Both the position numbers and the translations under genes were made by a program. Shown in pieces: positions 1 through 8,180 of a stretch of DNA of 30,609 bases. The stretch's first letter is position 1, and each line of letters opens with the position of its first letter. The stretch comes from a virus (taxonomy: Duplodnaviria > Caudoviricetes), in the IMG/VR virus record IMGVR_UViG_3300048447_000070, positions 1 through 30,609 of that record, one strand, 5' to 3'. The notes beneath the pieces are model-generated. The model ran no database searches. It worked only from the letters and a program-made list of their open reading frames with translations, and was not told the origin of the DNA.

Positions 1-2
1 TA

Positions 3-68
3 CAAACGGTATCCCTTTTATTAGCTATCGGATATACTATAATATCAATATATAAAAAACTTAAATGA
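3..68 (+). CDS. 3' end of a small membrane protein (partial, truncated by window start)
   Basis: Open frame QTVSLLLAIGYTIISIYKKLK* read by hand. Hydrophobic helix plus basic tail; its TGA overlaps the next ATG (ATGA at 65-68). Confidence 0.65.
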   Translation, partial: QTVSLLLAIGYTIISIYKKLK

Positions 69-469
69 AATTACCTAGAAACGGAGTAGCGAGAGAGATA
101 AGAAGTTATGTAGGTTCGTTACTAATATTCCTTTTTGTTATTGGACTTATTATAGCTTTGATACAATTCCCTGTACTAGATACAAACAAAGAGGTCGTGA
201 TGATGCTGATAGGTACTATAAGCGCCTCTATTGGAATAACAGTCGCTACTATAACAGGAAGTAAGCCAGACGATATAAACGCTCTTAAACAGTCCCTAGA
301 GAAGAAAGACCATCAAATAGAAATGTTAGTAGCAGCTAAAGATAATCTTGAAGAAATGGTAATTAACTTGCAAAAGGAAATGTTACAAAACCAAGATAAT
401 ATGATGGATAAAATAATCCTTAAAGCTGCTATGGAATTTGATGAAAAGAATAACCCACCTAAAAAATAA
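65..469 (+). CDS. Membrane protein with two TM helices and a C-terminal coiled coil (possibly lysis-related)
   Basis: 134 aa. Hydrophobic segments SLLIFLFVIGLIIALIQF and VVMMLIGTISASIGITVATIT, then a heptad-rich tail. Function is inference only. Confidence 0.75.
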   Translation: MKLPRNGVAREIRSYVGSLLIFLFVIGLIIALIQFPVLDTNKEVVMMLIGTISASIGITVATITGSKPDDINALKQSLEKKDHQIEMLVAAKDNLEEMVINLQKEMLQNQDNMMDKIILKAAMEFDEKNNPPKK

Positions 470-472
470 ATT

Positions 473-631
473 ATGATAAAAAAGTATTACGATATAGCAA
501 AAGCAGAAGTTACTAAATGGGTATTTAATGGATGGAATAGCGATAGTATATTTGAAAAAGGCAAAGTTATCTTTGTAGGTATTATAGCTTTCTTTATTCT
601 TTGGAAAATTGTTTACTCTATTTTTAACTAG
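473..631 (+). CDS. Small single-TM protein (52 aa, not in ORF track)
   Basis: MIKKYYDIAKAEVTKWVFNGWNSDSIFEKGKVIFVGIIAFFILWKIVYSIFN*. Starts 3 nt after the previous stop and fills the gap. Confidence 0.7.
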   Translation: MIKKYYDIAKAEVTKWVFNGWNSDSIFEKGKVIFVGIIAFFILWKIVYSIFN

Positions 632-653
632 AAACTAAAAAATAAATAATCAC

Positions 654-661
654 TATATTTG
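654..661 (+). promoter_or_regulatory. Bacteroidota-type -7 promoter element (TATATTTG) upstream of tail tube gene
   Basis: Matches the TAnnTTTG consensus, is intergenic and lies 17 nt before the ATG. Context CTATATTTGTATAA resembles the sites at 14155 and 15878. Confidence 0.65.
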
Positions 662-678
662 TATAAAATTTAAAACTA

Positions 679-1089
679 ATGGCTACAACTGGCGTATTTA
701 ACGGAACTAACTTAATATTAAAGATTGAGGATACAGCTTTAGGGCATACTACAAGCTGCTCACTAACATTAAATGGAGATCTTCCAGAGGCAACAACTAA
801 AGACAGCAACGGATTTCAAGAAGTTATCGCTGGGGTTATGTCTGGAGAGCTTTCTTTTGATGGTTTAGTCGCTTATGATGATACTGCTAATGCTATAGAG
901 CTTGCTGATTACTTACTAGCTAGAACTCAACTAACTTGTGTATTTGGTACTGCCGTTACTGGTGATGCTGTATATACTGCTGAGGGATTCTTATCTAGTG
1001 TAGAAATGAGCGCAGAAATGGAATCACCAGTTTCTTACAGCGGATCTATAACATTGACAGGAGCGATCACTAAGAGCATAAACTCTTAA
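679..1089 (+). CDS. Major tail (tube) protein, TP901-1/Phage_tail_2-like
   Basis: 136 aa acidic beta-rich protein with motifs NGTNLIL, EATTKDSNG, YTAEGFLSSVEMSA and VSYSGSITLTG. Lies before the chaperone and tape measure genes. Confidence 0.88.
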   Translation: MATTGVFNGTNLILKIEDTALGHTTSCSLTLNGDLPEATTKDSNGFQEVIAGVMSGELSFDGLVAYDDTANAIELADYLLARTQLTCVFGTAVTGDAVYTAEGFLSSVEMSAEMESPVSYSGSITLTGAITKSINS

Positions 1090-1105
1090 TAAAAAGTAAA
1101 ACATA

Positions 1106-1489
1106 ATGGCAAACAAAAGGAGAGGGTATTATACCAGTACGCTAGGTGGGCGTGAGAGAACGCTACATTTCAGCATGAATTTTTGGGCAAATTTTACCGA
1201 AATTATGGATGTGCCACTAGATAAAATAGGAGAACTATTTTCTGGTGGCGTTTCTATTTCAGCTATTCGTGCTTTGGTTTATTCAGCTATTTTAGCTTAT
1301 GACCAGGAGGAGGGAAATGAAATAGATTACAATCAGTTTAAGGTAGGCGCATGGCTTGAGGATTTTGATCAGAATGAATTAGAGAAGATGATAGGCGCTA
1401 TGATGGAATCTCGTATTTTAGGCAATGACTTAAATATGGGTATAAATCGTAAAGAGGAAAAAGTAGCCAATAGCCAGGGAAAGAAATAG
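1106..1489 (+). CDS. Tail assembly chaperone (lambda gpG equivalent)
   Basis: 127 aa between tube and tape measure genes; ends QGKK* over a G GGA AAG slippery site. Confidence 0.85.
   Translation: MANKRRGYYTSTLGGRERTLHFSMNFWANFTEIMDVPLDKIGELFSGGVSISAIRALVYSAILAYDQEEGNEIDYNQFKVGAWLEDFDQNELEKMIGAMMESRILGNDLNMGINRKEEKVANSQGKK
1477..1483 (+). other. Programmed -1 ribosomal frameshift site GGGAAAG
   Basis: Same heptamer as the lambda G/GT site and in the correct phase (G GGA AAG). The -1 frame is open from 1477 to 1818. Confidence 0.88.
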
Positions 1490-1818
1490 CCGACTCCCTT
1501 ACTTGGGATGACCTTGAAGATTATTATATTGGGCAAGTCGGCATAGATCCAGATAAGTTTTGGGCGCACACATGGCGAGAAAATCAGCTAAGGGGTGAAT
1601 CTTATATGATTAAACAGAACCTAGAATGGGAGAGAATTAGATATTTATCTACCATGATTCATAACGTGAACTGCCAGAAAAAGCAGCAAATGATCAAGCC
1701 AGAAAAACTATTCCCATTACCTCAAGATAAAATATATAAGGCGGAAAAACCTAAAGGAACTAAAGAGGATTACTTAAACTTTAAAGAGAAAGCTATTGCA
1801 GCAGGCGTTAAATTCTAA
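1477..1818 (+). CDS. Frameshift extension of tail chaperone (gpT part of gpGT)
   Basis: -1 frame reads GKEIADSLTWDDLEDYYIGQVGIDPDKFWAHTWRENQLRGESY and continues in frame into ORF 1606..1818. The GIDPDKFW..TW.E motif is typical of GT extensions. Confidence 0.85.
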   Translation, partial: GKEIADSLTWDDLEDYYIGQVGIDPDKFWAHTWRENQLRGESYMIKQNLEWERIRYLSTMIHNVNCQKKQQMIKPEKLFPLPQDKIYKAEKPKGTKEDYLNFKEKAIAAGVKF

Positions 1819-1831
1819 CGCCTTTTTTTTT
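1803..1831 (+). terminator. Intrinsic terminator after gpGT
   Basis: AGGCGTTA-aattc-TAACGCCT perfect 8-bp stem followed by a T run. Confidence 0.8.
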
Positions 1832-1833
1832 AG

Positions 1834-1841
1834 TATTTTTG
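1834..1841 (+). promoter_or_regulatory. -7 element TATTTTTG directly before tape measure ATG (probable leaderless transcript)
   Basis: TAnnTTTG immediately after the terminator; 4 nt separate it from ATG 1846. Confidence 0.6.
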
Positions 1842-1845
1842 TACT

Positions 1846-3915
1846 ATGGCAGATCAGAAATTAAAAGTAGACATTATAGGGGATGCTAGTAAGCTAAACA
1901 AAGCATTAAATACAGCATCTGGTAAATTACAATCATTTGGATCTAAAGTATCTGGAGTAGGCAAGCGCTTATCGATAGGGTTATCTCTTCCACTAGGAAT
2001 AGCAGGAGGCGCAGCTATTAAGATGGCATCCGATTTTGAGGAGTCAATGAATAAGGTAGATGTGGCTTTTGGTCAATCATCTGGAGAGGTTAAAGATTTT
2101 GCCAAAACAACTTTAAGCCAGTTTGGTATCGCTCAAGGCACTGCTTTAGATATGGCTGCTTTATTTGGGGATATGAGTACCTCAATGGGACTCACTACAG
2201 GAGAGGCAGCTAATATGTCTAAGGCATTAGTAGGATTAGCTGGAGATTTAGCTTCTTTTAAAAATATGAATATTCAAGAGGTTACTACCGCTTTGAATGG
2301 AGTATTTACTGGAGAAACCGAATCGCTAAAGCGTTTAGGTATTGTGATGACTCAAGTAAATTTACAGCAGTTTGCACAAGAGAAAGGCATCCAAAAGACA
2401 TTAAAAGCAATGACTCAAGCGGAAAAAGTAAACCTCCGCTATCAATTTGTAATGTCTAAGACAACTAATGCGCAAGGTGATTTCGCTAGAACCTCAGATG
2501 GAGCGGCAAACCAGATGAGAATATTCCAGGAGTCAATGAAGGAGCTAGGCGCTAATATTGGAGCTATAATATTGCCAGCTTTCATTAAGGTAGTAAAGTT
2601 TGTAAACCAACTTGTAAGCACATTACAAAACTTAGATCCTACGACTAAAAAAGTAGTCGTAATTTTTGCCGCTTTAGCTGCTGCCGCTGGACCATTGTTA
2701 TATCTAGCTGGCACAGTTATACCAGCGCTTGCCGCCGCTTTTGCTGCTCTTACTCTATCCTCTGGGCTTATTGTAGTCGCTATAGGAGCTGTAGTAGCTG
2801 CTTTGGGAGCTACAGTTAAACATCAAGCTCTATTAAGCACTATAAAAGATCTCAATTTAGAATTAGAAAAAAATGAGTTAGCATATAATAAAGCTAAAAA
2901 AGCTAGAGATGGATCTACTGAATCATCTTTAAGAGAATATAAAGCAAATCAAAAATTATTAAAAACAAAACTAGATCTTTTAAAAGCTCAACAAGATGCG
3001 GAGCAGGGCGCTATTGCTAATCTTTTAGGAATAGAATCTGATGAATATTTAAGGTTAGGAAAGGAGATAGAGAAAACAAAAAACTCAATTAAAAATTATG
3101 ACTTAGCTATAAATGGTTTAGAAAGTCAAACGAAAAAAACTACTGAGGAAACTAAAGATTTAACAAAATCACTAGAGGAGTTAAAAAAAATAAAATTAGA
3201 TAAGTTCAAGCTAGAGATAGAAACTAAAAAAACATCCGCAGAATTTGTTAAAGAGTTTGATGAATCTATAGGCGCAGAGCTTTCCTCTATGGATTCCTTT
3301 AGTGATGCATTTAATAGCAATATAGCAGAGGCATTTGATCCAGATAGTGTTTTAGTATTAGGTGAGTCGTTTGAGGAATTAGATCAGCAATTAGAAGGGT
3401 TTTTAGAAAATTACAATACTAAAGCTAAAAAAGCTGCTGAATTGACTCAATTCTGGGGAATGCAAATTGGAGGTATTTTAATGGATTCTTTTACTGCATT
3501 AGCAAATGGAGGCGATTTCTTTTCAACTTTAATGGATGGACTAAAAAAACTTATTATTAGATTGGCAGCAGCAGCAGCGGCAGCACTTGTTTTATTTGTA
3601 TTGACTGGTGGAGCTTCGGCTGGTTCTGGTGGTGTATCAAAAATGGGAAGTTTTAAAACTATTTTCTCTTCACTTGCTGGAGTGCCAGAGTTTGCTAATG
3701 GAGGAATAGTTTCTGGACCTACTTTAGGACTCATGGGAGAGTATTCTGGCATTAGAAGTAATCCAGAGGTAATCGCTCCCCTAGATAAATTAAAAGGAAT
3801 GATGGGAGGCACAGGATCACAAAACATTAACGTAGGAGGAGAGTTTAGAATACAAGGACAGGATCTTGTAGTAGCATTACAAAGAGCTGAAAAAAATCGT
3901 AGTAGATTATTATAA
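1846..3915 (+). CDS. Tape measure protein
   Basis: 689 aa, Ala/Gly/Lys-rich and helical. GETESLKRLGI and QGDFART motifs, hydrophobic central segments, C-terminal FANGGIVSGPT...GE...NPEVIAPL motif. Confidence 0.93.
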   Translation: MADQKLKVDIIGDASKLNKALNTASGKLQSFGSKVSGVGKRLSIGLSLPLGIAGGAAIKMASDFEESMNKVDVAFGQSSGEVKDFAKTTLSQFGIAQGTALDMAALFGDMSTSMGLTTGEAANMSKALVGLAGDLASFKNMNIQEVTTALNGVFTGETESLKRLGIVMTQVNLQQFAQEKGIQKTLKAMTQAEKVNLRYQFVMSKTTNAQGDFARTSDGAANQMRIFQESMKELGANIGAIILPAFIKVVKFVNQLVSTLQNLDPTTKKVVVIFAALAAAAGPLLYLAGTVIPALAAAFAALTLSSGLIVVAIGAVVAALGATVKHQALLSTIKDLNLELEKNELAYNKAKKARDGSTESSLREYKANQKLLKTKLDLLKAQQDAEQGAIANLLGIESDEYLRLGKEIEKTKNSIKNYDLAINGLESQTKKTTEETKDLTKSLEELKKIKLDKFKLEIETKKTSAEFVKEFDESIGAELSSMDSFSDAFNSNIAEAFDPDSVLVLGESFEELDQQLEGFLENYNTKAKKAAELTQFWGMQIGGILMDSFTALANGGDFFSTLMDGLKKLIIRLAAAAAAALVLFVLTGGASAGSGGVSKMGSFKTIFSSLAGVPEFANGGIVSGPTLGLMGEYSGIRSNPEVIAPLDKLKGMMGGTGSQNINVGGEFRIQGQDLVVALQRAEKNRSRLL

Positions 3916-6038
3916 TGGCATACGGACTTAAATATGAGCTTTTTTTCTCTGATGTAGAGAAAAATAAATTTAAGATAGAGATACATAAAAAAGATTTTGT
4001 TTTAGATCCTTTTAATACAGGGGTACAACCTACTCAAATAGTAGGTACTGGAAATCCTGTAGAGATTAAATGGGATGCTGATGATGATGTATATTCGCCT
4101 ATTATAGGATCTCGATGTATTTTAAATCTTTTTGTTACAGATGCTACTGTTTATGATGACTTTTATAGATCTGGCGAAAGAGAGTATAAGGTAAAAGTGT
4201 TAGAATATACTAGCTATGGATCTGATATAGATAAAGAGGAGCTACCTTGGAATTTAATCGATCAGCCATGGGAAGGGAAATTAGGAGGAGAAGTATTTTA
4301 TAACGTAATCTGGGAAGGTTTTTTAGTTAATGATGGCTACAAAGAAGCTGTAATTACAACGCCTTATAATATTTCTCTTGAAGCGATTGATGGATTAGGA
4401 ACTTTAGATTCTTTTAATGTGCCATTTCCTACTAGCAATACAAATAGCAAAGAGAAACTATTCTTTTATTTAAAAGAGATTTTAAAACTTACAGGGCATA
4501 ATTTCCAAATGTATATATCTAATCAAATTAGAAAAAGTGGAGGCGCTGTAAATGACACTATATTTCACGATATTGAGGTAGATAGATACATATTTTCTGA
4601 TGATAATTTAATTTTTATGAATGCTAAAGAATCTTTAAAATATATTTTAGGGATGACAAATAGCAGGATTTTTCAATCTTTTGGGCGTTGGTATATAGTT
4701 AATAATTCTAGTTTAATAGACAATAGAATAACTCAAAGCACTATAGCGCCTAGCGGTGCTGATATTGTAAATGAAACTACCGAACCTGTAGCAGCTCCAA
4801 ATTATGCAGGACCAGACATTGAAATACAAGGAGATTCTGTTTACTATGTAGATGTAAATCCTACATTAACTGTAAATAGTACAGGAACTGAGCCAGTTAA
4901 ATATGTTTGGACAAAACCAGATAGTACTACAGTAACTCAAACAATTACAGGGCAATCTGGATTCGGTGAATTACCTGTAGGAACTTTATCTCTTAGTAAT
5001 AATACTGATGTTTATCAAGTAACCGCTACAGATGCTAATAATAATACAGATAGCGATACTTTTATTTTAAACGTACAAAACAGACCACAATCTACACCTG
5101 TTCAAACTGGTGGCGGTGATAGTACCGAACCAGAACCAGAGCCAGTTCCTGTGAACTTTCAGTTAAAACTTAATATAACCGACAACGTTACTGATGGTTA
5201 TATTTCACAAACTAGATTAATTAGAAATTACGCTGCTGGACAGGTTGGAGATGCTTTTTCTATGTCTTTTGATATAACATCTTTGACAGGAGAATTTACA
5301 AGCGCTTCACAAATAACGTCATTAACTACGAGCTATGGAACTATAAGCAAATCTTTGCAAGGAGATTTTATTAGAGTTACAGTTACTGGTACTTTACCTA
5401 GCGGTGGACATACTGGTACTATCAACGTATCTGGTGCTGCTGATGTTCAACAATTTACACATAGTTTTACGGTAACAGATAGCGCTACAAATGCAAGCGT
5501 TTCACCTTCTACATTTTCAGCAACGGCAGGAGCTGGAAAGCAGTACAGTAAATCATTTACTATAAATGCTAGCTCTGGCTATAAATGGCAGAGCGTGGGA
5601 AATGTAACTGTAATAGCTAATAGTTCACCTTATGATACTTTAACAGTTTCTAAAACTAGCGACACCACTTTAACGGTAAGCATTACAGGAACTATGGGAG
5701 TCAATGACCAGAGCGCTACAATAACAGTAACTGGGCAGCCAGTAGGCGCACAGCCAGCGACATCTATTAGCTTATCGCCTGGAGGTCCTTATGACATAGC
5801 AGAGAATGGGGGTTACTTTGATATAAGCGTTACATCTAATGGTAATTACAGAGTCGATACTAACAGACCATGGGCAACTGCATCGCCTAGCACAGGAGTT
5901 ACGGGCACACAAACAATTAGAGTTAAGTTCGATGCTAACAATAGTGGTTCTAGTCGTAGGAATGCGATTAATTTTTACCCTAGTGGTAGTAATTCATTAA
6001 TAACATCTGAGAGAATAGATCAAGATAGTACACAATAA
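3915..6038 (+). CDS. Tail-tip protein with Ser/Thr-rich Ig-like domains and a C-terminal BACON-like domain
   Basis: 707 aa, coupled to the TMP stop (TAATG). N-terminal about 270 aa resembles post-TMP proteins (WEGFL..D.Y.E...PY.ISLEAIDGLG.L, RIFQSFGRWYI). C-terminus FDISVTSNGNYRVDTNRPWATASPSTG...VKFDANNSGSSRRNAINF matches the BACON pattern. Confidence 0.8.
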   Translation: MAYGLKYELFFSDVEKNKFKIEIHKKDFVLDPFNTGVQPTQIVGTGNPVEIKWDADDDVYSPIIGSRCILNLFVTDATVYDDFYRSGEREYKVKVLEYTSYGSDIDKEELPWNLIDQPWEGKLGGEVFYNVIWEGFLVNDGYKEAVITTPYNISLEAIDGLGTLDSFNVPFPTSNTNSKEKLFFYLKEILKLTGHNFQMYISNQIRKSGGAVNDTIFHDIEVDRYIFSDDNLIFMNAKESLKYILGMTNSRIFQSFGRWYIVNNSSLIDNRITQSTIAPSGADIVNETTEPVAAPNYAGPDIEIQGDSVYYVDVNPTLTVNSTGTEPVKYVWTKPDSTTVTQTITGQSGFGELPVGTLSLSNNTDVYQVTATDANNNTDSDTFILNVQNRPQSTPVQTGGGDSTEPEPEPVPVNFQLKLNITDNVTDGYISQTRLIRNYAAGQVGDAFSMSFDITSLTGEFTSASQITSLTTSYGTISKSLQGDFIRVTVTGTLPSGGHTGTINVSGAADVQQFTHSFTVTDSATNASVSPSTFSATAGAGKQYSKSFTINASSGYKWQSVGNVTVIANSSPYDTLTVSKTSDTTLTVSITGTMGVNDQSATITVTGQPVGAQPATSISLSPGGPYDIAENGGYFDISVTSNGNYRVDTNRPWATASPSTGVTGTQTIRVKFDANNSGSSRRNAINFYPSGSNSLITSERIDQDSTQ

Positions 6039-7264
6039 TGGGACAAATAAGAGATTATCAATTAGAGTATTTATACAAAGGAACTGAACAGATAAACTAT
6101 AAAGTTTTTGATTCTGAGGGTACATATACAGAAACAATAAATGAAGATGTTTTATTTAGTTGCCCAGATAGCTTAGTGCCATTAGATAGAAGTTTAGTTA
6201 AATTATATGAGAAGCCATTACTAGAAACTAGGTTTATTACAGAATTAGCTAGTATATTTTATAAAACTGATAATGGTCAATTTTTATATGGTGATGATGG
6301 ATGGGAATTAGGTGTTACATTTGGCAATCATACTGCTCCAGAGGTTGTAGATGCAACTGATTTAAATGTAAAGCCATTATCTGGTGATAAATATTTAAAA
6401 GCAGTAGGATCTGGAGTATCTGATTTTATGATAAGGTCAAAGCTATCAGAAACAACTTTAAGACAGGGCGTTCCTTTAGAGATCGGATTTAGCTATCACG
6501 TTGAGGATTTTAATAATGTTTTATCTGGCAAGTATAGATATGATTTATCTGTACAGATAGATGTAACTAATAGCGGCTCTGTTAATTATGAATATAATTT
6601 TGATGATAATAAATGGCAAACTACATCTGGATCACCTAGTAAATATCAAATTATAAATGATGTCACTGGAAAATGGTTTGGTTTTAAGAAAACGCTAGAA
6701 CCTTTTTCATTTGCTAATCATAATAATGATGTAAATCTAAGGGTTACATTAACGTATCCAGACAACTTAGAATCCACAGACGTAACATACATTGATAATT
6801 TTATAATCGCTGAAAAAATAGAGTTTAACTTTAATAAGATTGCAAATGTTAGAAGTAGATTTTCTTATGATGGCGGATTTACTGGAAAATATGAGAGCAG
6901 TAATATACTTTCAAACGAACTAAAAAATGACAATAATTTTTTAGGACAAATAGAGGGGGAGTATCAAAGACCAAGAGATAGCGTTGCAAAAACTTTAGAG
7001 GCGATTATTACTCAAGAAATAATAAACGACTCAAGAGATTTTTTAGCAAAATACGAGGGTACATTTAGAAACATTGACACCAAAAATTTAGGATTACATA
7101 ATAAAATATGGATTGACTTTGGCGTAGACACTCTACAAGAGCCAGTAAGTGCCTATATTGATTCTATGACTTTTAGCGTTAAAAACGCAGAATATAGGAT
7201 AAATATGCATATTCCTAATCAAGATGATGATGTAGATAGTATTTATAAATCTATAGCAGAATAG
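6038..7264 (+). CDS. Tail-tip/baseplate-region structural protein
   Basis: 408 aa, acidic and beta-rich, translationally coupled (TAATG) and last gene before a terminator. A central YIDN-ending segment suggests a jelly-roll domain. Confidence 0.72.
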   Translation: MGQIRDYQLEYLYKGTEQINYKVFDSEGTYTETINEDVLFSCPDSLVPLDRSLVKLYEKPLLETRFITELASIFYKTDNGQFLYGDDGWELGVTFGNHTAPEVVDATDLNVKPLSGDKYLKAVGSGVSDFMIRSKLSETTLRQGVPLEIGFSYHVEDFNNVLSGKYRYDLSVQIDVTNSGSVNYEYNFDDNKWQTTSGSPSKYQIINDVTGKWFGFKKTLEPFSFANHNNDVNLRVTLTYPDNLESTDVTYIDNFIIAEKIEFNFNKIANVRSRFSYDGGFTGKYESSNILSNELKNDNNFLGQIEGEYQRPRDSVAKTLEAIITQEIINDSRDFLAKYEGTFRNIDTKNLGLHNKIWIDFGVDTLQEPVSAYIDSMTFSVKNAEYRINMHIPNQDDDVDSIYKSIAE

Positions 7265-7327
7265 CATAAAGATTCCCTTTTGTTTGCTGATCCCCAGGAT
7301 AGTTTCGACTTGAATGGGGATTTTTTT
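7265..7327 (+). ncRNA. Candidate 3'-UTR-derived antisense sRNA A
   Basis: CCTTTTGTTTGC (7276-7287) is the exact reverse complement of 1109-1120, and 10 nt of it pair with 10387-10396; both sites are at start codons. A terminator follows. Expression is not shown. Confidence 0.35.
7290..7327 (+). terminator. Intrinsic terminator ending the tail operon
   Basis: ATCCCCA...TGGGGAT stem enclosing AGT-TTCG-ACT, followed by T7. Confidence 0.8.
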
Positions 7328-7345
7328 ATAAAAATAATTCCAAAT

Positions 7346-7390
7346 ATATTTGGAGTTTCCGAATTTTTGCGTACTTTTACATCAACAAAC
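7346..7390 (+). promoter_or_regulatory. Early-type promoter copy 1 (-33 TTTG, 19-nt spacer, -7 TACTTTTA) with overlapping 16-bp palindrome
   Basis: Aligns without gaps to 21743-21787. TCCAAATATATTTGGA (7339-7354) is a perfect palindrome over the -33 element. Confidence 0.7.
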
Positions 7391-7415
7391 AAATATAAAC
7401 GATTAAAAAAACATT

Positions 7416-7943
7416 ATGAAACAATCAAGAAAAATAGGAGTAGCAGGAGGATTTATTAATCAAATGATGGGTAATAACTCAACAGCGCCAGTAGTAGGAG
7501 AAGGCGCTACTATATTACATTACTCAGACCGTTCAGCATACGAGGTAATCTCTGTATCTAACGACTCTACAAAATGCACTATTAGAAAAATGACTACTAA
7601 ATTCATTGGACAGGGTTATGGAGATGAGCGTTATGAATACATAAGCAATTTAGAGGGTTCAACGGTAGATTTAGAATGGAATGAGAAAAAAGGTAGCTGG
7701 GGTAAAGTTTATTTCACTACAGAAATTATAAAATCTTTAAGTAAGAGATTACAGAAGCAGTACGGCTGGGGTTATGCTGATTTTATTCCTTTTCCCGAAG
7801 GAGTTACTAAGGATGATTTATATACTGATGATGTTTATGCCTCTTACAATCTTATTGAGGGTGTTACTAAACAATATAAGAACTTCGAAAAGGTGTCTGT
7901 TATCTTTGGAGTTTGTGAGGAGTACTGCGATCCATCATTTTAA
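7416..7943 (+). CDS. Hypothetical early protein
   Basis: 175 aa ORF with an A-rich leader, bracketed by a promoter and a hairpin. No family recognised. Confidence 0.8.
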   Translation: MKQSRKIGVAGGFINQMMGNNSTAPVVGEGATILHYSDRSAYEVISVSNDSTKCTIRKMTTKFIGQGYGDERYEYISNLEGSTVDLEWNEKKGSWGKVYFTTEIIKSLSKRLQKQYGWGYADFIPFPEGVTKDDLYTDDVYASYNLIEGVTKQYKNFEKVSVIFGVCEEYCDPSF

Positions 7944-7954
7944 CAATAACAACC

Positions 7955-7981
7955 AGGGGAGGAAACTCCCCTATATTTTTT
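7955..7981 (+). terminator. GAAA-tetraloop hairpin / probable weak terminator
   Basis: AGGGGAG-GAAA-CTCCCCT followed by ATATTTTTT, with the U tract offset from the stem. Confidence 0.6.
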
Positions 7982-7985
7982 ATAT

Positions 7986-8180
7986 ATGAATAACTTAGAA
8001 TTAGAATTTGTAAACGAGATAAAGCGCTTAGGACTTAGGAGATTAGACGTGGCGGATTACTTAGGTTTTTCCTATGAAACGCTAAAGAGAAAGCTACAAG
8101 ATCCTGGGCGATTTACTTTATTGGAATTGCAAAAATTAAAACAATTAAAAATAATTTTAAAAAACTTGAATTATGAGTAA
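7986..8180 (+). CDS. Small Cro/XRE-like HTH DNA-binding protein
   Basis: 64 aa; LRRLDVADYLGFSYETLKRKL...FTLLEL pattern. Confidence 0.8.
   Translation: MNNLELEFVNEIKRLGLRRLDVADYLGFSYETLKRKLQDPGRFTLLELQKLKQLKIILKNLNYE

Noticed and set aside
1606-1818. Stand-alone 70-aa ORF
   Set aside because: Better explained as the distal part of the -1 frameshift product gpGT.
624-3986. Minus-strand ORFs 624..809, 1369..1569, 2442..2714, 3126..3320, 3447..3986
   Set aside because: Antisense shadows of well-supported tail genes, with no recognisable motifs or expression signals.
7774-7989. 71-aa + strand ORF
   Set aside because: Overlaps ORF 7416..7943 out of frame and runs through the 7955 hairpin.
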